Positions 40,089-50,268 of a stretch of 64,000 bases of DNA are shown piece by piece. The stretch spans positions 299,446 through 363,445 of the forward strand of contig JBKBPM010000001.1 in NCBI GenBank assembly GCA_046293175.1, read 5' to 3'. This DNA is from Minisyncoccia bacterium (GTDB lineage Bacteria; Patescibacteriota; Minisyncoccia; Phycocordibacterales; UBA918). Below the pieces are notes generated by a model. It saw nothing but the letters and a program-made list of their open reading frames with translations, did not search any database and was not told the origin of the DNA. Both the position numbers and the translations under genes were made by a program. Each line of letters starts with the position of its first letter. Positions within the stretch are counted from its first letter, which is position 1.

Positions 40089-43000
40089 ATGTGGGAATTT
40101 TTTGTCCGAAATACACGGTTCGGTTACCTTTTTGTGGTCGCCCTTATTGCGACTGGTACGTATACACTTTTGACCATTCCTCGAGAATCAGCACCTGAAG
40201 TGGTAATCCCAGTTGGTATCGTGCAGACAGTACTTCCTGGTGCACCAGCTGCTGACGTCGAGTCGCTCGTAACAAACGAGATTGAACGAGGCCTTGTATC
40301 ACTTGAAGATGTAAAAAAGATTACGTCAACCTCTCGTGAAGGTGTATCTATAGTACAAGTTGAGTTTGATGCCGGTGCCGAAGTTGATACCGCAATTCAA
40401 AATCTCAAAGATGAGATAGATACCATTGCACGCGATCTGCCAGAAACAGCTGAAGATCCATTTGTGAGTGAGGTCAACTTCGTTGATCAGCCAATTATGA
40501 CCGTGGCAGTGGCAGGTGATCTGTTACCGATTGAGTTTCGTACATTGGCAAATGATCTGGAAAAAGAAATAGAGTCGGTTCCCGGCATTTCAAGGGTAAC
40601 TGTTTCTGGTGTAGAAGAACGTGAATTAACGGTCATTGTTGATCAGGCGGCATTAGTACGTTATGACTTATCACTGAGTGCCGTTACCCAAGCTCTTGGT
40701 AATGCCAATCGAACCCTTCCCATTGGCCAGATTACCAACAATGGTGTGACATACAATGTAGCCTTTGAAGGTGATATTGAATCTCCTGCTGATATTGCGA
40801 ACGTTTCTGTTGGTCAAAAAGGTGGTCAGCCAGTGTACGTCCGTGATATCGCTGTAGTGAAAGATGAACTAGCCCCGGCCGCTACCCTCTCGCGGGTGAG
40901 TTTTGGTGGCGAACCCTCACTCACCTCTATTTCACTTGATGTGTTCAAGCAAAGTGGTGGTGACATCACGAGAATTGCCAAAGCAGTGAACGAACGTTTG
41001 GCTGAGCTATCTAAAGAAGGTAATATTCTCCACGGACTCAATTACACAGTATTGCTTGATTCTGGTGAACAGATCGAAACAGACCTTCGAAACCTCACTC
41101 TATCAGGCGTACAAACTGTCCTCCTTGTTGTTGGTTTGCTAGCCCTAACAATTGGTTGGCGTGAAAGTCTTATTGCTGGCGCATCTATTCCTCTGTCTTT
41201 CTTGATTGGGTTTATTGGACTCTACTTCTCAGGTAATACAATTAACTTCCTTAGTCTTTTTGCTCTTATTCTCGGTATTGGTATCTTGGTTGACTCGGCT
41301 ATCGTGATGGTGGAAGGCATTAATGCTCGCATGAAAGCTAATCCAAATATTGATAAAGATGAAGCTGCGATTCTGACTATTCGTGAATTCGCCGCGCCGC
41401 TTATCTCGGGCACACTCACGACTGTAGCGATGTTTGCGGGTCTCTTTATTGTAAGTGGTGTCATTGGACAATTTATTGCTTCAATCCCGTTTACACTTAT
41501 CTTCATCCTCTTTGCGTCGATGTTTGTAGCGCTCTCAATCGTGCCGCTATTTGCAGCACATTACTTACGTCGTCGCAACAGTACAGCGTTTGAAGCGAAG
41601 CAGGTTGCGTACGCTCATGCGCTCGAGAGTCGCTATAGAACCTATCTCGTGCAAATGCTGGGAGATGATGTCAAACAAGAAAAATTCCTCCAGTTAATTT
41701 TCTCCCTCCTTTTGGCGTCGTTGGTGGTCGTATATAGTCTCATTTCTGCTGTTCTCGTCTTCCTTATCACGTACTTCTTTGGTCTTCGCATTAAACGGTG
41801 GCTCAGAACCAAAACGTGGCGAGGCTTCTTCAAATGGCTGTTCTCATTTGTCGTTATGCTTGTACTCCTTGGTGGTACAATTTTTGCGAGTGGTCAGTTC
41901 TTGCCAAAGATTAACCCAGTAAAAGTAGTGTTTTTCGAACAGAGTGACGTTGATTATGTCATTATTGGTATCGAGAAGCCTGAGGGTACACAAAAAGAAG
42001 TTACGGATATCGCTACCCGCCGGGTGGAAGAAATCCTCTATACCATCCCAAACATTGAATCCTATGTAGTAACAGTAGGTAGTGGCAGTCAGTTTGCTGG
42101 TGGCGGAACCGGAGAAAAACTTGCGAATATCTTCATTACCCTCACACCAGACCGTGATCAAACAAGTACAGAAATGGTTGAGACCTTGCGCACCGCGCTG
42201 GCACCGATTCGTGATGTTAAAGTAACTGTGACGCAACCTAGTGATGGTCCGCCAACTGGAGCTGCGATCATTATCAAGTATCTTGGTGATGATTTGGTCG
42301 AGTTGACTGAAGTAGCAGACAAAACAGCGACCCTTATGCGCAGTATTCCACATACCACCAATGTGAATACGAGTACCAATAATAACAATACTGAGTTTGT
42401 GCTCGAACTTGACCGGGCCAAAGCAGCAGCCTTGGGACTTGATCCGTTTAGTGTTTCTGCGCTCATGCGTACCGCAGTGTATGGTAGTGAAGCAACTGCT
42501 TTGACCACCCTTACTGAAGATATTCCAGTTGTGGTGAAGCTTAACCTCTCTGGAGACGATCAAGCAACTACTGCTACTAACAACGATACAACTATTGATG
42601 CGCTCATGCGGCTTATAATCCCGACTCCTAACGGATCGGTGCCTTTATCTGCAATTGCGACTGTATCGCTGCGTGAGTCGAGTTCTGTAATCAATCACGA
42701 GGAAGGAAAACGAGTTGTATCAGTAACTGCGGATGTCACTGCTACTGGAAATGTCCGTGAAGTGCAAGCTGAAGTCTTAAAACAAATTGAAGAAAAACTA
42801 GATTTGCCAGACACGGTGACCCTTAGTACTGGTGGAGGTGAAACTGAAGAATCTAACAAGGCGTTTTTCGAAATGCTCCTTGCGCTCGTGGTTGGAGTAA
42901 TCCTGATGGTAGCCATCTTGGTTTACCAATTTGGTTCGTATCTCCATACCCGTTATGTACTCTCCATTCTTCCCTACTCCCTCATCGGTATCTTCTTTGG

Positions 43001-43358
43001 GCTAGGCATTACCTTTAACCCAGTCTCTTTCCCTTCTATTATGGGATTCATTGCATTGTCGGGTATTGTCGTGAATAACTCAATTCTCTTGATTGATATG
43101 ATGAACCAAGAACGTCGTCGTAACCCTGATCGTCCCATTCGTGATGTGGTTATTGATGCAGCAGTCAGTCGACTTCGTCCCATTCTTCTGACCACCCTCA
43201 CCACTGTGATTGGTATGATTCCGCTCACGTACGCTGGTGATCTTTGGGCACCACTGGCCTACGCAGTGATGTTCGGGTTATCATTCTCAGTTATCATTAC
43301 CCTGATTCTGATTCCGATAGTATACAATCGAAAGCCAGGTAAACTTGGTCATCGTTAG
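40089..43358 (+). CDS. AcrB/AcrD/AcrF-family RND permease
   Basis: GILVDSAIVMVE, GIVVNNSILLID, RLRPILLTTLTT. Confidence 0.97.
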   Translation: MWEFFVRNTRFGYLFVVALIATGTYTLLTIPRESAPEVVIPVGIVQTVLPGAPAADVESLVTNEIERGLVSLEDVKKITSTSREGVSIVQVEFDAGAEVDTAIQNLKDEIDTIARDLPETAEDPFVSEVNFVDQPIMTVAVAGDLLPIEFRTLANDLEKEIESVPGISRVTVSGVEERELTVIVDQAALVRYDLSLSAVTQALGNANRTLPIGQITNNGVTYNVAFEGDIESPADIANVSVGQKGGQPVYVRDIAVVKDELAPAATLSRVSFGGEPSLTSISLDVFKQSGGDITRIAKAVNERLAELSKEGNILHGLNYTVLLDSGEQIETDLRNLTLSGVQTVLLVVGLLALTIGWRESLIAGASIPLSFLIGFIGLYFSGNTINFLSLFALILGIGILVDSAIVMVEGINARMKANPNIDKDEAAILTIREFAAPLISGTLTTVAMFAGLFIVSGVIGQFIASIPFTLIFILFASMFVALSIVPLFAAHYLRRRNSTAFEAKQVAYAHALESRYRTYLVQMLGDDVKQEKFLQLIFSLLLASLVVVYSLISAVLVFLITYFFGLRIKRWLRTKTWRGFFKWLFSFVVMLVLLGGTIFASGQFLPKINPVKVVFFEQSDVDYVIIGIEKPEGTQKEVTDIATRRVEEILYTIPNIESYVVTVGSGSQFAGGGTGEKLANIFITLTPDRDQTSTEMVETLRTALAPIRDVKVTVTQPSDGPPTGAAIIIKYLGDDLVELTEVADKTATLMRSIPHTTNVNTSTNNNNTEFVLELDRAKAAALGLDPFSVSALMRTAVYGSEATALTTLTEDIPVVVKLNLSGDDQATTATNNDTTIDALMRLIIPTPNGSVPLSAIATVSLRESSSVINHEEGKRVVSVTADVTATGNVREVQAEVLKQIEEKLDLPDTVTLSTGGGETEESNKAFFEMLLALVVGVILMVAILVYQFGSYLHTRYVLSILPYSLIGIFFGLGITFNPVSFPSIMGFIALSGIVVNNSILLIDMMNQERRRNPDRPIRDVVIDAAVSRLRPILLTTLTTVIGMIPLTYAGDLWAPLAYAVMFGLSFSVIITLILIPIVYNRKPGKLGHR

Positions 43359-43418
43359 ACCAATTACAAATCAAAACTACGGCACCACTAGGTGCCGCGT
43401 TTTGTTTCGTGTAATCAA

Positions 43419-43964
43419 TTAGTCTTGATTTGATACAGTGGGAGCTGGTGGTACTGGCTTCTTGTGTGACTTAAGTATTGCCATAATGCCATTCACAAGT
43501 CCGGTCGCAAGCATGAGCATCGCGATGTAGCCGAGTACGAACTGGAGATAGGTGAAGCTGGTGAGGCCAAGTGGCAGGAGTGCGGCGAGGGTACCAAGGG
43601 TGTACCAACTCCCTGCCTGGAGTGATGGCCCAAAGGTACTCGGCATAATGCGGAGGGTCATGAGGATGGCATTACTATAGAGCACTGCGAGGATGGTCCA
43701 CTGTGCAAACAAGAGTGGCGTAAAGGCCGCTGCTCCCAGGTGGTACGTATTGTATGCGGTGAGAATAGCCAGGGTAAAGAATAAAGCCACCATCGCGACA
43801 CGTAATACCACGTACAACACGGACATCATCTTGCGCTCGGTGCCATCGATGGACCCGTCAGCGATGGCGACAAAAAAGTTCGTTATGGCTAAGGTTGAGC
43901 TCCCGACCCCAAGTGAGGTCGCAAAGCTAAAAATCACTGCTACAAATAAGATAAGAAGTTCCAT
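43419..43964 (-). CDS. Multi-pass membrane protein
   Basis: About 5 TMs; -10-like TACTAT 8 nt before ATG. Confidence 0.8.
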   Translation of the reverse strand: MELLILFVAVIFSFATSLGVGSSTLAITNFFVAIADGSIDGTERKMMSVLYVVLRVAMVALFFTLAILTAYNTYHLGAAAFTPLLFAQWTILAVLYSNAILMTLRIMPSTFGPSLQAGSWYTLGTLAALLPLGLTSFTYLQFVLGYIAMLMLATGLVNGIMAILKSHKKPVPPAPTVSNQD

Positions 43965-44044
43965 ATGTTTCTATAGTACCACCTCAAAACCTTGTTACCT
44001 CTCTCCTCTGTTAATTGTTATACTAGAGAACAAATACATAAATT

Positions 44045-44761
44045 ATGAAAAAGCATTTCTTTTTTGATATGGACAAGACTATTGCTCCATCACGTCAGCC
44101 AATCCTTAATGAAATGTATGAGCTATTATCAACAAGTCCTATAGATGTCGTCATTGTGTCAGGACAAACAGTGCCTTTAATAGCCTGGCAAAGTAATAAC
44201 CTACCGGCGTATCGACTGGGACAAAATGGCAACCATGCGGTTGACCGAGAAGGAGTAGAACTTTGGCATACACCACTCGAACAACATCACCGTGACCAGA
44301 TTCTCGATCATATCAATGAAGTTATTGAGATTCTTGACCATGAATTAAATCACGAGTGGTCCCCCATTGAAGACCGAGGTGCACAAATTACATTTAGTCC
44401 AATCGGCAATACAGCTCCAGTTGAGGTAAAAGCAACCTATGATCCTGACAGAAAGAAGCGTGAACATATTCTCGCCACCATTCCTTTTGCAGCAGAAGAT
44501 CTGGTTGTAAAAATTGGCGGGTCAACTAGTCTCGATTATCTTCACAAAGATCGACAAAAAGGTAACAATGTCCGAAAGTTCATTGATCTTCTGGGATGGA
44601 GCGATGATGCGTGTGTATACTACGGTGACGGTCTCTACCCTGGCGGTAATGATGAGTCAGTAATTGGCGTTATTGATACTGTCTTCGTTGAAGATCACCT
44701 CGATTGCTACCAAAAACTAGTTGAGTACCTTAAAAAGGACTCTCTGACCACTCCATCTTAG
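44045..44761 (+). CDS. HAD-IIB hydrolase, PMM-type phosphomannomutase-like
   Basis: FDMDKT, IEDRGAQITFSPIG, IGGSTSLD, GD.LYPGGND. Confidence 0.88.
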   Translation: MKKHFFFDMDKTIAPSRQPILNEMYELLSTSPIDVVIVSGQTVPLIAWQSNNLPAYRLGQNGNHAVDREGVELWHTPLEQHHRDQILDHINEVIEILDHELNHEWSPIEDRGAQITFSPIGNTAPVEVKATYDPDRKKREHILATIPFAAEDLVVKIGGSTSLDYLHKDRQKGNNVRKFIDLLGWSDDACVYYGDGLYPGGNDESVIGVIDTVFVEDHLDCYQKLVEYLKKDSLTTPS

Positions 44762-45506
44762 CAACATCAACACCCGTTTCAGTCATCGTACCGTCTACCT
44801 TGGCATAAGCGGCTTCTTTGAGTGTGTTTATATCACAGATTGCATCTGTATTATTCGTGCGGCAGGTACTGGCGGCACTAAAGCGGAGTGGCGCTACGTG
44901 TCCAGGTGTACCGCCTTCACTAAAGACGAGGTGCCACTGCGTATTATCAAACGGGGCTGGTACATTCTTTAGCAGCTGTCCTTTATTTGAGAACGAGAAT
45001 TCTCGTTCTTCGAGTACGTCACCCTTGGAACAACTGATATCCGTTATTACCCAGGTTTTATCAGCCACTTTCATCTTCACCAAAGCAAAACCACTTGGAG
45101 TTCCGGTAGCGTAATCTGAAATGACCATCAGCTCCACTTCGGTAGGATTTTCAGAAACATATTTCATTTTAATTTTGTCTGGTGCTACGCTCTGGCAGAG
45201 TACTGGATCTACCCCGTCGTTTCCACCATTGAGCTTCGCTATAAGTGAATCTCGGACACCATTTTCAAGAGCGGTACTACTGAGGAGGATTGAGTCAGTT
45301 TTCATTTTACCACCATTAGCCTGCACCTCATCAAGCCAGGCATCATAAAAGTCAAAAGCAATATCAAGGGACTCAGGTAACTTGCGGGTGTCTTCATTCT
45401 TAAAGGTCATACTATTACTGAACCAAAAAAGCGCTGAACAAGCGGCTAAAAGTGCCACCAAAAAAACACCATAAATAATAAACTGCCGTTTAGAAACTGT
45501 TTGCAT
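44730..45506 (-). CDS. Membrane-anchored extracellular protein with Cys pairs
   Basis: N-terminal TM, DPVLCQ..P motif; TATAAT 9 nt before ATG. Confidence 0.8.
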   Translation of the reverse strand: MQTVSKRQFIIYGVFLVALLAACSALFWFSNSMTFKNEDTRKLPESLDIAFDFYDAWLDEVQANGGKMKTDSILLSSTALENGVRDSLIAKLNGGNDGVDPVLCQSVAPDKIKMKYVSENPTEVELMVISDYATGTPSGFALVKMKVADKTWVITDISCSKGDVLEEREFSFSNKGQLLKNVPAPFDNTQWHLVFSEGGTPGHVAPLRFSAASTCRTNNTDAICDINTLKEAAYAKVDGTMTETGVDVAKMEWSESPF

Positions 45507-45658
45507 AAGATCTAGATTATACCAGTGAAGACGCCTGCCTAGGACTTTACTTACGAGGGATGTATGGTGGTGGGTTAGATGGTGGTGGAATTTATCGTTA
45601 CATGGTTAGTATAGTTTATCGCTATTTTGTGTCGCAATGCTCGCAAGTAACTGGTAAA

Positions 45659-45886
45659 CTTTTGATTCCCCTAAGGTCGCACAACAGCAACGACATAGGA
45701 ATCGGTCACCAGTCACTAAGTATATTTGTTCGTTTCACTCCAAATCTACTAAGTGCTGTCCACCCCGCCTCGCCGACCCAGAGGGTCCCCGGCTACGTCT
45801 TTCGATTCCCCTAAGGTCGCACAACAGCAACGACCACAATGCAAAAACATTGTGGTCGGCTGATTGTGGACCTTAGGGGAATCGAA
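45659..45886 (-). repeat. Structured element family A, copy 2 (3' of tRNA-Ala GGC) with two inverted copies of the tRNA 3' end
   Basis: Core 45705-45800; 36-nt direct repeat 45659-45694/45799-45834 (1 mismatch) is an inverted copy of the tRNA T-arm/acceptor/trailer. Confidence 0.9.
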
Positions 45887-45939
45887 CCCCTCACCTCTTC
45901 CATGCCATGGAAGCGCTCTACCAAATGAGCTAAAGGCCC
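45867..45939 (-). tRNA. tRNA-Ala(GGC), CCA not encoded
   Basis: GGGCCTTTAGCTCATTTGGTAGAGCGCTTCCATGGCATGGAAGAGGTGAGGGGTTCGATTCCCCTAAGGTCCA; G3:U70. Confidence 0.97.
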
Positions 45940-45990
45940 GGTGCGTACGATTCTATCATGAAATCATTACCGAGCAACTCGTACTCTCAT

Positions 45991-47031
45991 TTAGACAATA
46001 AGCATCGCATCACCAAATGAATAAAAGCGATAGCGCTCTTTTATTGCTTCTTGGTATAGCTCCACAATGTGACGATTACCTCCTTTATGCTCGATATAAG
46101 CCTGCACAAGACAAAGGAGTGAGGACTTCGGCACATGAAAGTTTGTCATGAGGATGTCTGGATAGGTAAAGGTATATGGTGGGTAGATAAACAGATCCGC
46201 CTTTCCTACTTCACCCACTCCATTTCCAATAGCTCCTTTGGCACTTTCAAGCGTGCGTACGACGGTGGTACCCACTGCCATAATTGGTCGGCCAGCTGTT
46301 CTTGCGCTGTTGATAACCTTTGCCGTACTGTCTGGCACCACGTAGTACTCTTCGTGAAGTTTTTTGTTGGCAAAGTTCTCAGCAAAGATTGGCGCAAATG
46401 TTCCTAATCCGACCTGGAGGGTGACTGGTGCAACAGTGACTCCGACTTTGTTCAGCGATTCAATAAGACCAGGGGTAAAATGGAGCGAGGCGGTTGGTGC
46501 TGCCACTGACGGTGTCTCATGTGCAAACATCGTCTGATAATCTGCGCGTTTGACTGCTTCGTCGTTGGTATTTTTGATATATGGTGGCAGCGGTGTCTCA
46601 CCATGAGCCAGCAAGAGTGCATGTAGGATTTCTGCCTTTCCATTAAACTGGAGAAGTATGCTTTTCTCGTGATTTTCAAGTACCGTAAAGAACATATCAA
46701 ACACTTCGATGATACCCCCAAGCTGTACGCTACGATTCACGAGCGCCCGTACTTTACCCTCAGGCGTAATGCCTTGATCAACCAAAATGAGGAGTTCGAT
46801 GGGTTCACTGTTGTAGCTGCCTTTGAGCCGAGCAGGCAACACTTTTGTGTCATTCACAATCATCTGTGCTCCCGCTACATAGCGAGGAAGATCGCGAACG
46901 CTACTATGCGATACCGTATTGCTCCGTGTATCATAGACAAATAAACGAGCAGTATCGCGTGGATTAACAGGCGAGTGCGCTATGAGGTCAGAAGGAATAT
47001 CGTACGTGTATTGGTCGAACAATGGCTCCAT
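45991..47031 (-). CDS. queA: SAM:tRNA ribosyltransferase-isomerase QueA
   Basis: NDTKVLPARL, PLPPYI, SVAAPTA.LHF, VGTTVVR.LE, TNFH.P.S, YRFYSFGDAMLI. Confidence 0.98.
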   Translation of the reverse strand: MEPLFDQYTYDIPSDLIAHSPVNPRDTARLFVYDTRSNTVSHSSVRDLPRYVAGAQMIVNDTKVLPARLKGSYNSEPIELLILVDQGITPEGKVRALVNRSVQLGGIIEVFDMFFTVLENHEKSILLQFNGKAEILHALLLAHGETPLPPYIKNTNDEAVKRADYQTMFAHETPSVAAPTASLHFTPGLIESLNKVGVTVAPVTLQVGLGTFAPIFAENFANKKLHEEYYVVPDSTAKVINSARTAGRPIMAVGTTVVRTLESAKGAIGNGVGEVGKADLFIYPPYTFTYPDILMTNFHVPKSSLLCLVQAYIEHKGGNRHIVELYQEAIKERYRFYSFGDAMLIV

Positions 47032-47051
47032 GTGGTCAGAAATGAACGATA

Positions 47052-47486
47052 TTATAAATCATTATCACGCTGGTGTGTAATCTCACTAAGGTTCGCAATC
47101 AAATCATCGTACCCTTCGCGGGCGGTAGCGGCATCACGAGCGGTGAGACGAGCGTCTTCTTCGATATACCCCACAAAAGCTGGACTTGCCACCACATCAA
47201 GGGCGGTCTTGAGACCTTGTTCAATATGGGCGCGACGATCACTGAGTTGGCAGAGGTACGTCGAGAGGTCGTAGCGGACAGCCTCGATATTCGCGAGAAT
47301 GTCACTCGCTTCTTCTGATTCCTCATCTTCGTTTGATACCGTCTCCAAATTAGCTTCAGCCTGGCGCAAAAAGCGCTCTACCGCGAGCAAACGCACGCCA
47401 AGACGCTCTTCTTCACGCTTGAGCATTTGGAGCTGCTTCAGGGCAGATTCCTGGCTGTTTTTTAGGGTGATAAGGAGTTTTTCCAT
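47052..47486 (-). CDS. Acidic helical/coiled-coil hypothetical protein
   Basis: Clean ORF co-oriented with queA. Confidence 0.75.
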   Translation of the reverse strand: MEKLLITLKNSQESALKQLQMLKREEERLGVRLLAVERFLRQAEANLETVSNEDEESEEASDILANIEAVRYDLSTYLCQLSDRRAHIEQGLKTALDVVASPAFVGYIEEDARLTARDAATAREGYDDLIANLSEITHQRDNDL

Positions 47487-47707
47487 AACCGTATACTACC
47501 ACCAGACGTTCCTCGCACAACTTGACAGACCCGCTAAATCAAGCGAGTTTACACCAAAAAATGGCCTTTTAGACCATTGACATTCTGCCCATTCGTCTCC
47601 TTATGTAGTGATTTTGCTACTTGTATTTTACAGACAGTCATATTATTGCAATATCTAAAAAATGTTGTACAGTATCGATAGACAGTTGCCAATTTGTGGA
47701 GAATCAC

Positions 47708-47982
47708 ATGGCCGTACCCCTCGCACACCTCGCCCACCTACCCACCGACTCAGCTTCAAGAAAACGTCTACAGGTAAGGCAACCAAGCCAGTCACTCCGG
47801 ATGCGGATACGCTCGATGACAACGACGCTCGCCTTGAAGCTGCCCGTCAGGCTGCAGCGGCTGCCGCTGCGCTTCCTCGTCGTAACCCCGGTGGAACGTT
47901 TCCCGCGGGGGGTGGGGCCGGTGGTACTGAAAGAGCCACCTCGTCCTCACAATCCAGAGCCCAGCAGACTGACCTCGACTGA
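47708..47982 (+). pseudogene. SD-led low-complexity orphan with apparent frameshift right after ATG
   Basis: GGAG SD; the natural-looking frame (RTPRTPRPP..DDNDARLEAARQAAAAAAA..) is offset by one base from ATG 47708. Confidence 0.4.
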
Positions 47983-48095
47983 GCGCTCTCCGGTACAGAC
48001 CGCGACACAGATCCAGTTACGCTCATGCCACTGCCTGATCAGCATCACAGCAGCGTCTACCAGTGCTGGTCATTTCTATTTTATTCTTTAACAAC

Positions 48096-48809
48096 TTACT
48101 TCCCTGCCTCGTACTCTGCACGCACGATTGCCTCATCCTCGCGACTGAGTGTCTTTTGATACCGAGCACCCTTGACCCCTTTAACCCGCGCTTCACACTC
48201 GGCCCAGGTAGCATGTATTTGCACTACCCCATCAACTTTGCTGATATACGAATAGGCCTTCTGCGTTTGGCGCTTGCGAGCATCACTGCGGTCTTGCTTT
48301 TTGGTGTCGTCATAACTTGTATCAGAGAGATCGTGCCCGTAGTCCTTCACAGGCCCGTTATAAAGCGGGTAAGTGCCTTTCTCTGCCATGGTTGATGCAA
48401 TTTCGTCTACTCGTTCATTACCGACAATACCGACGTGTCCTGGGACTTTATGCCAATCGATAGTCGTAATCTTCAAGAGCGGTAGAAGCGCCTGCCACAG
48501 TTCTTTGTTCGCCACATCGGTCTTCGCCTTCGTTTGCCAGCCATTTTCGGCCCACCTATACACCCAGCCGGTAGCACCTTCAACCACGTACTTCGAGTCG
48601 GTATAGATGTGTACCGTAGCAGTGGTGCCGGTAACCTGTTTTAGTGCCTCTACGACTGCCGTTAGCTCCATTTCATTGTTGGTTGTCCTGGTTTTGTATC
48701 CACCAAGCTCGGTGACCGTCTTGCCATCAGTAATGACTACTCCATAGCCACCGCGGCCGGGATTCCCTTTAGCTGCCCCGTCTGTAAATATCGTGATCGT
48801 CGCTGTCAT
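48096..48809 (-). CDS. rnhA: Ribonuclease HI with C-terminal hybrid-binding (viroplasmin-like) domain
   Basis: FTDGAAKGNPG.GG, TNNEMEL, TDSKY, V.GH.G..GNERVD; tail TWAECEARVKG..GARY.K. Confidence 0.95.
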   Translation of the reverse strand: MTATITIFTDGAAKGNPGRGGYGVVITDGKTVTELGGYKTRTTNNEMELTAVVEALKQVTGTTATVHIYTDSKYVVEGATGWVYRWAENGWQTKAKTDVANKELWQALLPLLKITTIDWHKVPGHVGIVGNERVDEIASTMAEKGTYPLYNGPVKDYGHDLSDTSYDDTKKQDRSDARKRQTQKAYSYISKVDGVVQIHATWAECEARVKGVKGARYQKTLSREDEAIVRAEYEAGK

Positions 48810-48875
48810 GAGGAAAAGTGTAACATGCGACCGACTTGCAGTCATAGTCGAGGTCTAACCTGCTATAATCAGCGT

Positions 48876-49157
48876 ATGGTTACCGTCGAACTTATCGCTG
48901 TCTTGCTTCTTGGTATTAATCTCATCAGCATCATGCTTATGGGCTATGACAAGCGTCAGAACACTCTCAATTCCGATGCTCCACGCCTTCCTGAAGGCGT
49001 ACTCTTTCTCATGGCCATCGTTTTTGGTAGTGCTGGTGTTCTCCTTGGTATGTTTGCCTTTCGGCACAAGATCCGCAAGTGGTACTTTCAAGTAGCGATT
49101 CCCCTCCTCCTCGTGCAGCAAATACTCCTTGGCTACTTTGTATATCCATTGCTCTAA
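48876..49157 (+). CDS. DUF1294-family membrane protein
   Basis: MGYDK, RLPE..LF, GM..FRHK.RK..F. Confidence 0.9.
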   Translation: MVTVELIAVLLLGINLISIMLMGYDKRQNTLNSDAPRLPEGVLFLMAIVFGSAGVLLGMFAFRHKIRKWYFQVAIPLLLVQQILLGYFVYPLL

Positions 49158-49453
49158 AGCTGCCTGTAAAAAGACGATGCGCTTCCCGAGTATACGAAAA
49201 GCGCCCCAGGTATCCAAAGGGCGCTCTCAAGCGGGCAAAAAACCCACAAGGCACTAGTTACTGTTTGCTTCAAGGCAGTCAGCTGGACTCCAGTGAATAA
49301 ATCCATTTTTATCGATAAAGTATCGTCTCTGCATTTATATGCTCCTCTGGCTAAAAAACTTAGTTCCCAGAGGCTCTTCAAATCTTTACATCGTATAAAG
49401 TAAGCCTCTGTAGTGACAGTAAACTACAGATTATTAATAATTTCAAGTACTTA

Positions 49454-50260
49454 TTATAGTGACTTAGAATAGTTGCACTTTGGGTATGTTATACAACCAA
49501 GAAATTTTCCATACTTGCCAGATTTTTCAACTAGCTTACTACCACACTTTGGACAAGTTATTTCAGTAACTGTAACTAGCTTTTGTTTTGGTAAATCCTT
49601 ATCATCAAGAATTGATACAAGTTTTCGTCCGTCGATGAGATTAATATTATTTTTTTGTGCAAATGCCAGCGCTTCTTTTGTGAATTTACCTGATGTCACA
49701 ACAAAACCACCGACTGCCTTTTCCGCTGTCATTAATCCATAGACTTCACGGATAACAGTCACTGGTACTTTACTTGCTTTATAATGCTTGCACTGGACAA
49801 GGTGAAGTCCTTTTGAGTCATGTAATTTTATATCAATACCACCATCTGCACCTCCACCACCAGTTAATTGTGCACTATAGCCTTGCTTCTTAAACCACTC
49901 GAACATCAAAAACTCAAAGTCTTGCCAACTCATAGACTGAATTGCTTTTAAAGCGCCTTGTTGAGAAATAGAGCCAAAAAGTACACGACTCCGAATTCGT
50001 TGCAGTACACTGATAAGTGCACCGGTTAGCAACGCAGCTGGAACTATGTATTTAAAGAGCGCTATGTAAAAAACTTTAAAGATCATCAGCAGCACACCTG
50101 ATTGATCCTGAAAAAGCGATTGTGAGAGTTCGATGGCTGGAACAAAATAATACAAAAGAATTGCCGCTGGTATAGTTGCCCAAAGCGGTAGCATTATTGA
50201 TAGTTCTGTAAGTTCACTAAAAAAGTATTCAAACGGAGTTGGTTCTGATCGTCGAGACAT
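49454..50260 (-). CDS. Mrr-like restriction endonuclease with N-terminal TMs and C-terminal topoisomerase-type Zn ribbon
   Basis: MSWQDFE, DGGIDI, LVQCKHY, VTSGKFT; CPKCG..GKFLGC..YPKC; AT-rich. Confidence 0.92.
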   Translation of the reverse strand: MSRRSEPTPFEYFFSELTELSIMLPLWATIPAAILLYYFVPAIELSQSLFQDQSGVLLMIFKVFYIALFKYIVPAALLTGALISVLQRIRSRVLFGSISQQGALKAIQSMSWQDFEFLMFEWFKKQGYSAQLTGGGGADGGIDIKLHDSKGLHLVQCKHYKASKVPVTVIREVYGLMTAEKAVGGFVVTSGKFTKEALAFAQKNNINLIDGRKLVSILDDKDLPKQKLVTVTEITCPKCGSKLVEKSGKYGKFLGCITYPKCNYSKSL

Positions 50261-50268
50261 AAATGTAA

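Noticed and set aside
45659-45834. 36-nt direct repeat as a mini CRISPR array
   Set aside because: Only two units, a 104-nt spacer, repeat derived from the tRNA, and no cas operon; the Cas4-like gene at 19145-19927 is solitary.
49160-49290. Nested hairpins after the DUF1294 gene as an ncRNA
   Set aside because: Lies between convergent genes, is explicable as a terminator region, and has no second copy or promoter.
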